Part shown: positions 34,136-47,325 of the stretch, in pieces | Numbering within the stretch: position 1 is the stretch's first letter | Layout of the letters: each line of letters opens with the position of its first letter | Source of the DNA: Eledone cirrhosa | Taxonomy: Eukaryota | DNA: 64,000 nt | Reading direction: 5' to 3' | Assembly: GCA_964016885.1 (NCBI GenBank) | Contig: OZ024740.1 | Coordinates: forward strand, 125,426,001-125,490,000 | Translations under genes and position numbers: made by a program | The notes under the pieces: generated by a model | What the model was told of the DNA's origin: nothing | Databases searched by the model: none | Seen by the model: only the letters and a program-made list of their open reading frames with translations

Positions 34136-37100
34136 GAGTGAGTGTACATTGGGTTAAGAGGTGCCTATTGACTGTAGCTTTGTATGCAATGGCAGTCGGG
34201 TCTTCTGTACAACTGCATGGTACCAAAGATCATCATCCAGTGTCATTGTCTTTGAATGATCATGGCTGGAAAGATTCTGATTATATGTCTACCTCCTCAG
34301 CCTGACCCGAGTGTCAATAACAACAACAACAGCAATTGTATCAACTGAAGTAGGGTATCACACCTGTAAAAGATCTAAATGTGTATCAAAATTCTAACTC
34401 ATTGTACTCTGTGTTCTGGTCACCAAAACTGCTGTAGTGCATTTTGGAGAAGTGTGACAGTGAAAGCTTCTGTATCCTGGTAGTATGGTTTTTTTGCAGA
34501 ATCAAACAAAAATCTGAGAAATTGAAAATATAACTTCAATAAGGAATCTGAAGTCAAATATGGCCAAACAAAATGTATCCTTTAGTAATAGTGACCACCA
34601 AATCAAACACCTAAATCAGTCTTGTCAGGAACTAAATAATGTATTGTATATACAAACTATATACTTTAATATAGAGACTAGAATTCAATTCCTGTACTAA
34701 CAAATATACAGTGATGTAATAAACATCATCAGCAAAGGTCTAAAACTTAGGAAATTCACAGATGACTCTCTGACAGAAAGGATAAACATTTTTTTTATCT
34801 AAGTGACATAGTTCATTGTTTAAAAAGAATTGAAGAAAATGCTGCCTCTGTTAGTAACAAAATGATTATGTTCTTTTTTTTTGTTATAAATGACAAATGG
34901 ATGTATGTAGAAGGTTATGCTATCAGGCAGGGGAACATTGGTAGTAAAAAGAGATGTGTACTAATTTGAAAAGAATGCCTTAACCCTTTGAAACATAAAC
35001 CTGTGCTATGAGTGATGTCCTCAAACTTGGGCATTCATATGAATATCAATAAAAAATTTATTTTTCAATAAATGATAATAAATGTATCAACTTGACAACC
35101 ATCCCATCAATGACATGCAAAAGAACACAAGGTAAAGCAAAGATATTAAATGATTGCCGATTTGGGTAGAATGTGATGTAAATAACAGTAGTAAACAGAA
35201 GAGTGTGGCAGTGTCTGTGCTGGTAGGATATAGTCAAACATTATTGGAATACTGGGCCAGCAAATTCAAAGTATTAAATATGATGGAAGTGTGCAAAGCA
35301 ATTTACAGAGTAAGGTAAGCACAAGGATCTTAGAAAAATTTTGTGAATGAAGAATAAATGTGATATTGATTACATTGTAAAATTCGAAAACTTTAATATG
35401 TGTCAGAGACATATTAAAGGCAGATATATGTTTAGTTCTAGTTTCATGGAGTTATGATGTGGAATAAATACATTTCCAACTAATTAGCACTCTCAACTGT
35501 CATATTTATTTTTGTTGATGTAATGTAATATAGACGAGTATAGCTAAAGAGACATAATCCGTTTTTGCAATAAAAGGAGATGATAGCAAAACATGACCGA
35601 GTAAATGAAAGATGGGTTTTATCTGGCCTCTGTGTCTGTGGATTGTGTGAAAAGTTGTTGTTTTTCTTGAGTTTGAGAAGATACTGAGACCTGTTTTGTC
35701 TCATTCTGTGAGAGCCCTGTGGTTTATAGTATGTGCATGCAAGATTTTCTCTGTTATTGTGAAGATACATCACTAGCATGTGATTCAAAGATAAGAGTTG
35801 CAGATATGCACAGATTGTAGTATATCTGATGATCTTGAATTGATACTAAACAGCTTGGTAAAATGAAGCATGGATGGAAATAACAGGCCTGTTTACATAT
35901 AATAAAAGGCATCTTCAATAAATGTGAACTTAAGATCTATGAGCTGAGATTAATTAAAGGCAAATTGGCATGTTATTATAGCATAGGACAAATACTTTGT
36001 AGTTTTGGTTCTGGCTCTCTGTTCTATGAGCTCAAATCTCACCAAAGTCAACTTAAAATGAAATAACTTATTCTTGTCCCAATTTACTTTTTGTTAGGAG
36101 ATAATTCAATAACAATATCAATTGTGGTAGCTAGCCAAACTATCTTAAAGTCTGTAGCTGTATGCAAATATATCTACTAAGAAAAAATTGAAATAAAAAA
36201 TATATTTATAAGTAACTTGGGAACAGAGGAATCATTAAAAATGTAAAAACTTCTAGCAATTGAAAAACACTGGTAATCAAAAATGTTGTTTGAAAATTAT
36301 TATGAATCGAATTATTCCAGAATTACAATACATCTTTTGCCTTTGAAAATAGTTTAGCCCCTATTGAGATTTATTTTAAGTTTTAAACGTATTTGTTACT
36401 TTTCCCCCACTTTTATGATTATCATAAAACAATAACATTTTTTATGGCCAATAGATTTTCTGGATAGTTTAATCTCTCTTATTAAATTCTGCTTCAATTG
36501 GCAAATTGGCAGAGTAGTTAGAGTGTAGGACAAAATGTCTTGCATATTTGTTCTTGCTCTCTGCCTTCTGACTTCAAATCCTACTATAGTCAACATTGAT
36601 TTTCCTCATTTCAGGACAATAAAATAAAGTACCAGTCAAGGGTGGTGGGTTGGTAGTATTGTTAGGATATTTGGACAAGATACCGTTTCAGTATTTCTTC
36701 TGGTTTTTTGAATCAAAGACTATCACAACCTACTCCGTTGGCAGATTCAATCCCTCATCTGATGAAACATAGTCACCTGGTTATTGGGTGTCTTTAGCAG
36801 GGTCCATTCTATTGTAAGCATTTGAGTGAAATCTCCTGTTGAGTAATAGTTTTTTTTTTGTAATCACTATGTTACGTGTCTGAGTGTCGGCTGTGTGGTG
36901 TTTGGCTTGTGTACAATTAATTTTTTAATGCTATCTTGAGATATTGTTATTGCCATGTTGAATGTTTGTTATGTAAGAGTATGCCTTATGTTATTTCATC
37001 ACCTACTAATCCTATAGAATATATGTTGTATAAATTGTATTATTGTATTAGGTGCTTACTGTATAGGGTGTATGTTGTAATGACTGGAAATTGTACTTCT

Positions 37101-37299
37101 GCTTGGGTTGTTCAATTGAATCGATAACATTTTGTGTGAAATATGGTCTGTATCTATAAGAGATATTTTGGGGATTGTGTATAATGTTGCAATCCTCAGT
37201 ATTGCTTGGATGTTTTGTTTAATTTTTGTTTTATCATATCTAGTTCTTAGTTAATTATTATTCTCAAGTTTTAAATTGTTATTGGTTTAGTCTGTAAGA

Positions 37300-37620
37300 A
37301 AGAGATATGATTATGGCCTTTGCAGTCTCTCCTAGAATGGTTACAACAGTTGTGGTAAACATTCATTTTGAACAATTGCATGTCAATGGCTGCTGGGAAA
37401 ACATCTGCAGGGAGAGAGTCCAGCATACTTGGAAGTAAACACAGAGAGTATGGATTATTAAAGGGGCTTATGAGTACAAAATTGCTAAGGAAAGTAAAGA
37501 AGAAAAATGATTTGGAAGTGCTGGAGTTAAGGTGGATGAAATCAATCAACCAAATGCTAGAACAGAGACCACTATAGTAGTGGTAGAAAACATCACAGAA
37601 AAGAGATAACATGTTAGTGG
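37300..37620 (-). mobile_element. 3' relic of a CR1/Jockey-group LINE
   Basis: DSLPADVFPAAIDMQLFKMNV resembles the WNSLP..VFP....L..FK..V C-terminal motif. Confidence 0.45.
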
Positions 37621-38401
37621 ATCAGAAGTTAAAATGAGTTGAGTAATGCCAGCCCAGTGTAATGAAAGAGTTGAATTTGAAGTATTGTATCACTATGAAA
37701 AAAAAAAAATGAAAACAAAATCTTAGTTTACTTATTTAGCAACTCATCAAAGACAAACACATTAAACTTTTAGTTATTTAACTGGAAACTGATGACAATT
37801 AGACTCAGTATTGTCTACATATTCTTAAAAATGCTGTTTATTATTAATATTGGAGTGAATCCAAGTGTGATTTTGTTAACTTGAGAACAATTTCATTCTG
37901 TAAGATACAATGGTAATTAAATAGGACAACTTTAAATGGATCAGTACTGTCAGAGGTATTAAGTTGCCTAATAAAATTATGTACCATTGCTTTGATCCTT
38001 ACCAATGGTTGATATTTTATTAGTTTAAATTCAATATCCTGCCAAAGAAAACAGAGAAGAATATCTCATTTGAGAGTTAAGAAATTAGTTTTGGCAATAG
38101 TTTTGGCGTCTTTCACTGATTTAGGTGAGGAAGAAAAATAAAATAAAATATTTCACTTAACCTTAATAATTTTGTCTCAAGTAAAACTTGAGGAATTTGC
38201 TTGCCAACAAAAGACTTGCTAATACCATGAAGGAAGATCTCAAAAGTACATTATGTTTTGACACATAGGATTTTGAAATTACTCATGTATGTCATTATGT
38301 CAGCATAAATTAGCTAGATTTTCAGATTATTTTGTTGTTGTTATCCTGCTTCTCCTTCTGCTCCCCTCATTATCATCAACAAATTACCATTATTATTATT
38401 A

Positions 38402-38597
38402 TTGGCAGTATCGGTAGAGGGTTGGATGCCATGCTTTGATGCATAGAGTTACGGCCCTTGCCATTCTGAGTTCAAATCATGCTGAGGTTAACTTTGCCTT
38501 TCATCCTTACGGGGTCGATAAAATTAAATACCAGTAATGTACAGGATTATTGCTGGCCTTGTGCCAAATAGTAGAAACAATTATTATTATTATTATT
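38402..38597 (+). mobile_element. SINE family A; its (ATT)n tail is the target of the adjacent R4/Dong-like element
   Basis: Similar to the other copies; the tail continues at 42896-42948. Confidence 0.85.
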
Positions 38598-41500
38598 CTC
38601 TGAGTCTCAGTCATTGATGTTATTTAACTGGAAAGTTTGTTGAAATGAATATCAAGCCACTACCTGCAGCCTCAGATATTCAGGACGTATCGGAGAGTTC
38701 TTGCTGTTCCCAAGCAAGCATGCATGCATGCCTTTTGAAGTGTTCCAAAAAGCGTGGTGGGGCCAATTTTCTTGAACCATCCCTGGAAACTTTTTGAGAT
38801 AGTACCTAGTGCGCCTATGACAATCGGGACCACTTTGACTTCATGGCAGTTCCAAATCCTTTTTACCTCCCACTTTAAGTCCTGGTATCGGTTAATTTTG
38901 TCCCTCTCCTTCTCTTGCACTCTCGTGTCGAATGGGCAGGCCACATCCACAATCAGACACGATCTTTTTTCCTTGTCCAAAACCACCAGGTCAGGTCTAT
39001 TGTGTTCCAGTTTCTTGTCCGTCTGTATCCTAAAATCCCATAGCACCTTCACCTGATCGTTTTCTATCACCGACTCTTGCTTATGCTCATACCACTTCTC
39101 AGAATGTGGTAAATTGTTTACTTTGCATAGGTACCAGTGGATCACGCTGCCCATCACATCATGTCTCCAGCCTTTATAGTGAGTCTGGGCTAGGTGTTTA
39201 CACTCGGATACAATGTGACCCACAGTCTCCTCTCTCTCTCCTCAGATCCTGCACAGTGGGCTAGCCTCCTCCTTGTACATATGGTGTTTCAGCCACTTCG
39301 TTTTGAGGGCCTGCTCTTGCGCAACCATTAGCATTCCTTCTGTAGCCTTTTTAAGGTCTCCTCTTCTCAACCAGTTCCATGTCTGTGGATCTCTGAATTC
39401 TGTTTTCTCAAAGAAGGTACTATGAAGGGATTTTTCATGAAGGTTGCTCTTTCTCCTTGTTATTTCCTCCTTGGACATCCCCTGGTCTATTGTCCTCTCC
39501 TTCAGTACAATTCTGAGCATTAGCGCCTTACTATCGGTCACGTATTTGTGTAGGTTGTTTTTCTCCATCTGAACACAGTCCTCTATGCTGATAAGACCTC
39601 TTCCACCTTCAGATCTCCTTAAGTAGAGTCTATCGACATCACTCCTCTTGTGGAAAATGTTGTAGATAGTCAATAGCTTCCTAGTCTTCCTATCCATTTC
39701 TTTTTGTTCAGCAACATTCCATCTCAGAATTCCCGCACTGTACCTAATAATAGACACAGCTCGGGAATTTACTGCACTTATGGCATTCCTACTGTTCAGA
39801 TGTGACTTTAATACGCTCCTTACATCTCCGAATGTATTCAAATCTTTCAATTCCTTCATTTTTTTGTTCTTGATGTCATCAGACTCCAGAACGCCCAAAT
39901 ACTTGTATCCTTCTTCAGAGTCAATTTCTTTTATCATCTCACCTGTTGGTACCTGGATTCCGTTGCTTCTGCTCAATTTACCCCTCTTCATCACAATGAC
40001 TCCACACTTACTAATACCAAATTGCATACATATATCATTGCTGAAAATACGGACAGTCAACAAGCACATCCAACTCCTTCTCACTCTTCCCGAAGAACTT
40101 AAGATCGTCCATGAGATGGAGGTGATTGATGGTAAGCTCTCCCTTTCCCAACCTGTATCCTGCTCTCACTTTTCGCAGTATAAAGGTCAGAGGCATCAGG
40201 GCAAGGACAAACAACAGAGGGGACAGACTATCTCCCTGGAAGATACCTGTCTTCACGCCTCCCAAGGATTCTCCAGCTGATGTTAACTCTGTTTTCCAGG
40301 ACTTCATACTTTTGCTCAACAACTGTCTGATGTTATCTGCCACCTTGAAGATCTGTAGGCTTTTGGTGATCCAAGAATGAGGCACCATGTCAAATGCCTT
40401 TTTGTAGTCTATCCATCCCATAGCAAGACCAGTGTGTCTCCTCTTGCAATTCCTCATTACCATCTTATCAATAAGTAACTGGTCCTTTGTACCACGGGAC
40501 TTCTTCCGGCATCCTTTCTGTTCATTTGGTAACAAGTTGTTTGTGTGGAGGTGATGGTAGATTTCCTCAGACACAATGCTTGTCAACAGTTTCCACATTA
40601 CGGACAGACATGTGATAGGTCTATAGTTGGTAACATCATTACCCTTGATTCGGTCTTTCATTACCAGAACTGTGGCGCCTTTTGTCAACCACTCTGGTTG
40701 GTACCTCACCTGACATCAAGCAGTCAGTTTCGGGTGGAGGGACGTTACATTTTTAATCCAATACCCCTGCATACAATCTGGGCCTGGTGATTTTCAGTTG
40801 GTTAGTTTTTTGGCCTGCCCCTTGAGAGTTTCAACTGTGATACTCAAATCAGTTTGTTGGTGTGCCTGTTCACTAATCTCCTTCTGTACTGTCTCAATCC
40901 ACACTACCTGGTCATTATGTTTAACATCTCCAGAATGTCTTAGTTTGTTCCGCCTCAGGGATCATGTCATTGCTTCTTTCTTTCCCTTCAAGCTGTCCAA
41001 ACAACATCTTCTGGTTGTTGTCAAACATTCGGTTCTGTCTATACTGACTGACTCTGCTCTCGTATCGCCTAATTTTTGGATTCTTTGCTACAATCCGTTG
41101 CTTCAGTTCCTCTATGATAATATTTAGCCTTTTCCTCCTAGTTTTGTACTTTATTTCTAGTCTATTTTTAGTGTCTATGTTTTTTAGTGTCCCATTCAGT
41201 AGGGACTCAAGCTTTCCAATATCATTTCTCATTTCCCTGATTTGACCACTCAGTCGTTTCTTCCACCAAGGTTCTGATCTTTCTTGTTTGTTGTTTCCTC
41301 TCGTTTTTATGCCAAGTAATTTCCTCACCGCATTTGCTGTTGCTTTGAGGATATTGTTGCACTGGTGAAGGCTCCTCGCCTCAACGTATGGGATGACTTT
41401 GTTTACCTTAGCTGTTGTTTCTTTTAACTTTTTCCTGTCTACAAATCTTAGGTTCATAGGTTTCCCACTATCATTGTTCAATTCATCTACCACTAAGTTT

Positions 41501-42135
41501 AGGATATCAACCAAATCTTGTCCTAGCCCGTCAGCATTCATCTCCTCAATGGCCGTATCTTTGTTCCAGGTATTATTTATTTCAGCATTCAGATCATTGT
41601 CTGCTTCGGATGGTTCCTTCGTTCTCTCAACCTCTTCACCTTCATTTCCCACTGGCTCGTTTGCCTGGCATACTCCACTCTCCATTTCCAACCTAATCTC
41701 TCTGCTCTGTTCTTCCAGTTCCAGCTCGCTTATCCACCCATTAATTCTTATTACCCGAGCCTGCCCAGCCAATTTTTGTTCATCTAATTTAAATAGACCA
41801 ATCTCGTTCCAGATGTTATGCAGCCGTTTCCTATAGCCTTTCTCCTTGGGGTTACTCTTCAGGTAACATTACATAACAGTTCTATTCAATTCTTTTGTCC
41901 AGTTGGTTCTGGTCCCTTTCCTTCTTCTTCTTCCTCCGACACCAGCAGTTGACAGCCAGGTCCCTGCTGCTGAGCCAGGGAGCACCTGCTGGGTGAGAGT
42001 CTGTCACATGACATTCCAGTCTCCACTTCACCGTTATTCGAACTGTTTAGGTTCGATATTTAAATACTCTTATCGAGGATTGGTGAATGTATGGTTACAT
42101 AACCACCGGTGATTTCATCACCCCCGGTGATTTTA
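38598..42135 (-). mobile_element. R4/Dong-like non-LTR retrotransposon, near complete ORF, frameshifted
   Basis: N-terminal WTKE..GYRKR..W..EQKLAGQ..I..WISELELEE; RT ([45 protein letters not shown]); CCHC; REL (RHD, NRPDLVV.D, KINRYQDL). Confidence 0.92.
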
Positions 42136-42895
42136 GTGTGGCACTATCAAGCAGTAGACGAACATAAATAAACAAACAAACAAATAGGTAAAAACCTCCC
42201 AAAAAAGAATAAGCATATGTTTCATTGTAATGAAATGTTTGAGTGTCTGACTTAGTTTTTTTTTTTTTTTCCCTTCTCTGTCTGTCTGTCTGTTTGTTTT
42301 TCTTTTCATTTTTCTTTTCTTTACGTTTTTCGCTGTTGCTGTGCTGTTTAGATTTTGATTTTTTGATTTTTTGATTTTTTGACCGGGTCATCAAATCAGT
42401 CTATTTATATCTTTTGATGCCTTCCTCTTTTAGTGGGGTAACTACGAAGCATGTCTTAGCAGGAGGTAGTGGGAGAGAATAGCGCCGGTAGCAATAATGA
42501 GGCAGTGGTGGTGGTGATGTGATCGTAGTACTGTAGTGATGGTGTTGAAGTTGAAGTAGAAATAGAAGTTGAGGTAACTTGACTAGAGTTTGTGGCATGG
42601 TAGTGGTGATGGTGGCGGTGGTGGTGTTGGTGGTGAAATTATTGTCCACTTAGCCATTTTTTGCCATTTTTCTCTTTTTCGACTATAACATTTCTGATCC
42701 AAAATTAAATATTAAATATTGGGGCCCTATGCCGTAAAGTGATGCATTGTGGCTTGCTGAGCATTAAAAACTGTAATCTTATACTTCATTTGTAATAAGA
42801 ATTATTCTATCACAGTTGTTTTAAATAAGTAAAAATCAAAAACTTACGGGAGCAATTCCATAACGATATATATCCACCATGTGCGTTTTCTTCCC
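42136..42895 (-). mobile_element. Tx1-like 5'UTR plus low-complexity ORF1 start, fused to the 5' end of the R4/Dong-like element
   Basis: Shares the GG start, GCTCC..GTAAG, GGGCCCCAATATTT and AAAAATGGC layout with the 5' ends at 14910-15115 and 23720-23943. Confidence 0.5.
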
Positions 42896-42933
<38 letters not shown>

Positions 42934-43914
42934 GCATTATTATTATTAGATTACTAAAAAAAAGATGCATTTTTACTGTTCCTGGATTTTACATTTAGTT
43001 CAAATGGGGGCTTTCTGTTTTCTTTTTACTCTAATCTATTTTAAACAACAATTTGCGTATATAATTCTGTTGTTATTTTTTTGCGATGTTTGGGGTGGAA
43101 TGATATAATCCTTGGCTTCATTTACCATTTTAATTATTTTCACTGGAATGTCATTTAAAAGAAATTTGAAACATGGTGTCTTCTATAGTGGTACGGTCAC
43201 AGTGGGGGAAAACATTACATATCTAGAGGATTGTAAACAACCCACTTCCCCACAAAAACTAAGAACTTTTATTATTAAAAATGTGAGAATTATAGTTTGA
43301 AATAAAGTATTATTTATAAAATGTTGGTTGTGACAATATTAACAACATGAAGAGCTACACAAATTTTAACAGAATAAACATTTAGATATGGCAAAAGAGC
43401 ATCCAGTTCACCATGTAAGGTGGTCACGATGGTGAGGCAACAAAAGGTATCCAGTTCACCCTGTAAATATGGTTAGCATTAGGAAGGACATACAGCTATA
43501 TGTCCTTCCTAATTGCAACAAATCTTACATGGTGTACTGGGTGCATTTTACTGTGGCATTGCATGAACACTTTACAGAGTATACTGAGTGCATTTTATCA
43601 TGGTACCAGTACTAACAGTGATTGTAGTGTTCTTGACACATATTGATGAGTCTTCTGTACCTGTTTGCACATGGTCTCTACTGCTGGATGTCCTTCTGAT
43701 CACCAACAAACTTAAAGGGTGTACTGGGTGCATTTTTCATGATACCAGCACTAAAGATGTTGTTGGTCGATTACTAAATTAAAGAACCCTTTCAACCATA
43801 TGAGGATATAGTGAGGGAGGGATTAAGAAGGATGAGTATGATGCCATGAGTTTATGACAGGTGTGATGAAGAGGGAACTGCATTGGTTATGTTTATGATG
43901 AATAACAACTGTAT

Positions 43915-44345
43915 AAAAAGGTGCAGGTCACTCAAAGTTGATGGAAGCTATGGAGTAGGAAGACTTGCGATGAGGTAATAAAAGCTGACCTTGCAGAATT
44001 GGACCTCTCAAAGGCAAAGATGCAGAACCATGATCTCTGGCATTATGCAGTAATACAGAAAACCTGCCTTCCCATGTGCAGGGGCTGATGCATAAATCTA
44101 GTATGTGCCACCTTCACCTTCATAACCCTTCCAATAGACCTCCCTCATTGAAACACCCCACCAACGTCCTAACACCCCATTCTGAACCCGTGCACTAGAT
44201 CTACCCCATGCACCTCTCCATCCAATTCCCCAGTCCACACTGTAAAGTGTTCGTTGAGGTGTCTCAACAAAAAAAACAATTAGTACACACTGTGAATATG
44301 GTTGGCGTTAGGAAAGGCATCCAGCCGTAGAAACCAAGCCAAAAT
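43915..44345 (+). mobile_element. Older RTE 3' end
   Basis: CRSLKVDGSYGVG..DEVIKADL..LSK..DLWHYAVIQKT aligns with the RTE C-terminus; followed by the GTTAGGAAAGGCATCCAGCCGTAGAAA tail motif. Confidence 0.75.
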
Positions 44346-44439
44346 CAGTTCTGTGTGCGCAAAACATTCATCCAGTCTGGCTTGTTTCTCCACAGGATAG
44401 CTCATTTAACCTATGCTAGTACGGAAAAAGACGTTACAT

Positions 44440-47325
44440 GGTGATGATTATTTATATATATAGTAACAACAACAATAACAATAGAGGAAACAACAACAAT
44501 AAATCTAACAATCATAACAACAATACATCTAGCAATCATAACAATAATAATAAGGTTAATGATAGGAACAACAACAACCACCATAATAACAATAATAGCA
44601 ACACACACAACTATGACGATAGACATAATGACAACCCCTTAGAGAAACTATTCTTCAATCCAGCTAACAAATATTTATCCTATGAGGTTACCCTTTAATA
44701 AAAGGGTTTGTATACCACAACAAATAGATGACGAGATAGAGGCACAGTTCACCATAGCTAGAAATAAGATTAGACATATAGTAGACCGACATACTAAGAG
44801 ACAAAGCAGACCAGAGGTCCAACAACTTGGGAGGAAACCTGTGGAAGGCTTGGTTATACTCAAGCAGCACACAAGGGATGGTGAGGTAGTATGTCTACCC
44901 ACGGATAAGTCTGGTAGAATGTCAATAGACAGCATTCCGAACTACATCAAGGCTATGCAACCCCACATCACCAACACGAGCGAAATTACACAGCAAATAC
45001 AGGAGGGGAGAGAGAATATCCTCAATGTTCACATGATGATTTGGACCGACATCCTAAAGCCAAGCAGACGCACTGCCAACAACTTCCAGGCATCTAACAA
45101 TGACATACCACCCTTGTATGGGCTCCGCAAAGACCATAAGACAGTCGACGACCCAACAACAGGACCACCAACAAGACCTGTATGCAGAGCCAATATCGCT
45201 AGCAACTACAGGATCTCCTACTTCCTCTCAATGGTTATACGCCCCATAATCAAGATGTCCCCAGATGTATGTGACAGTAAAGAGGACCTCCTCAGCAGAA
45301 TCAGTGAGTGCAACAAAAACAAAACCTATCCAACTGCATAATAGGCAGCATGGATGTGGTGTCACTGTACCCATCCATTAACATTGATTTTGCTGTGGAA
45401 AAATGTGTGGAGATGAACAGTGAGAGTGAGGTGGAATTCTGCGATGTTGACACAGACGAACTGGGCCTCCTACTTAGACTTACCTGTGACAATGACTACC
45501 TAGTCAGCCATGACCTTAGACGTTTCTGCCCCAGTAGACCCATAAGAGATAGACCCCCACCATAACCTCAATGGCAAAAAAGACTCCCATGGGAAGGTGG
45601 ATTGGGTGGACCAAAGCCATACGGACCCCCCAAAACAATGATCAGGTAAGAAAAATGGTCGCACATGCAATAGGGGCTAGTATTAAAACTACCCTAAAGG
45701 GCCACATATTCAAATCCAACGAGAAGATCTACACGCAAAATGGGGGAGCAGCCATTTGCGTCAGCATAGCTGGTGACGTTGCCAAACTTTTTATGGTATG
45801 GTGGCAAAGGAGACTCAAAGATCTCCTTGATGAGAGCTCCATAGACCTCATCATGTACTCTCATTACGTAGACGACATCAATATAGTAATAAGGACATCC
45901 CCACAAGAGAGCACTAACAAGTATGATTTAGAATGTAGCACAATGGAAAGCATCCAGCAGATAGCTAATTCCATACACCAGAGTATAACTGTAACTATTG
46001 ACTACCCTTCCAAACACCCAAACAATAGACTACCTGTATTAGACACGGAACTCTGGATTAACACTATAGACGAGAGAGCCCACATTCTCCTCTCACACTA
46101 CGCTAAACCCATGGCCTCCAAATATCTGATACTCAAAAACTCAGCAATGTCCAGTAGTGCTAAGTTTAATATTCTGATCGCAGACTTGGTACGAGTGATG
46201 AAGAACGTGTCCCGCATGTGCGACCCAACAGAAATGGAAAGACACATCCAACACTTCATCAACCGCATGCAGTTCTCTGGCTACAACCAAAGAGACAGAA
46301 TCAGAGTATACGAAGGAGCCACGGAGAAGTATAAGACCCTCATAGAACCGGACATAAAAGGAATTTGCCCATTATACAGGAGCAAATCCTGGAATAGCTT
46401 AGATAGGATTAAACATAAGATAGGGAAAGCCACCTCATGGTACGACAACCAGAGATACCAAAGTGTCATGTTTGTAGATGCTACCCCTGGAGGGAAATTA
46501 GCTAACCAGTGTAGAAAGGCCCTGAGAAAGACCCACTTAAAGATTAAGGTGGTAGAAAAGCCCGGAACCACCATAAAATCCCTGGTCAGCAAAACATACC
46601 ATTTTAAGAAAACCCACTGTACTAATAGGAAATGTATTATATGTAAAGTAAACCCCCGGATAAACTGTAAAACTAGAAATGTAGTCTATAGCATAAGATG
46701 TACAGAGGGTACTTGCAGAAACATGACAACAACATACATAGGCGAGACAGCTCGTAGCACAGGTGAAAGGATAGACCATCACTGGGGGAACTAAAAGGAC
46801 GGAAAAATGGTTCAGTACTATACGAACACGCCAGACAACAACACAACGGTGACATAGACAACATAGAAATTAAAATAATATCTAAACATAGAAATGACCC
46901 AGCAGATAGTCAAATCAGAGAGGCAAGTGAAATAGAACTTAGAAGGCCAAAGCTAAACAGAAAAAATGAATGGAATAACAACACCCAAACAAATAATACT
47001 GACCTAAGAGAAATATAAATAAATAAATAAATGGATTAAATAAAGATGGCGTAGACATACAATACAACAGGAGGAAACATAATAGCACCACTGACAATGT
47101 TGCAGATGTGCAACGAAAGAACTTTGTAAGACTATATATATATGTTTGTGTCTATATTATATCTGTATTTTTTACCATTGGTCAGTCAATGGTAAACATT
47201 GAGGACATAATAAATTAACTGATATAAGAGATACAGAAGCGTAAACCAACCAAACAGTGAGTGTGTTCTGTTATTAATTCTGGCAATATTATTACAACAA
47301 TCTGACCCTCCCCATGTATAACAAT
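44440..47325 (+). mobile_element. Penelope-like element (RT plus C-terminal GIY-YIG endonuclease), frameshifted, with 3' pLTR
   Basis: TDKSGR, LYGLRKDHK, P.RPV, SMDVVSLYPSI, YVDDI, LPVLD, HYAKPMAS, FVDATPGG, C..C, VVYSIRC..YIGETARSTGER; ends in (TA)n. Confidence 0.9.
47086..47129 (+). ncRNA. Hammerhead ribozyme motif in the PLE pLTR (core mutated to CTGACAA)
   Basis: CTGACAA-T-GTTGCA GATG TGCAAC-GAAA-GAAC-TT; homologous to 27001-27044. Confidence 0.55.

Noticed and set aside
36715-37260. Possible decayed PLE tail with a CAGATGA hammerhead-like core on the minus strand
   Set aside because: Core and GAAA are both mutated and the protein similarity is too faint to support.
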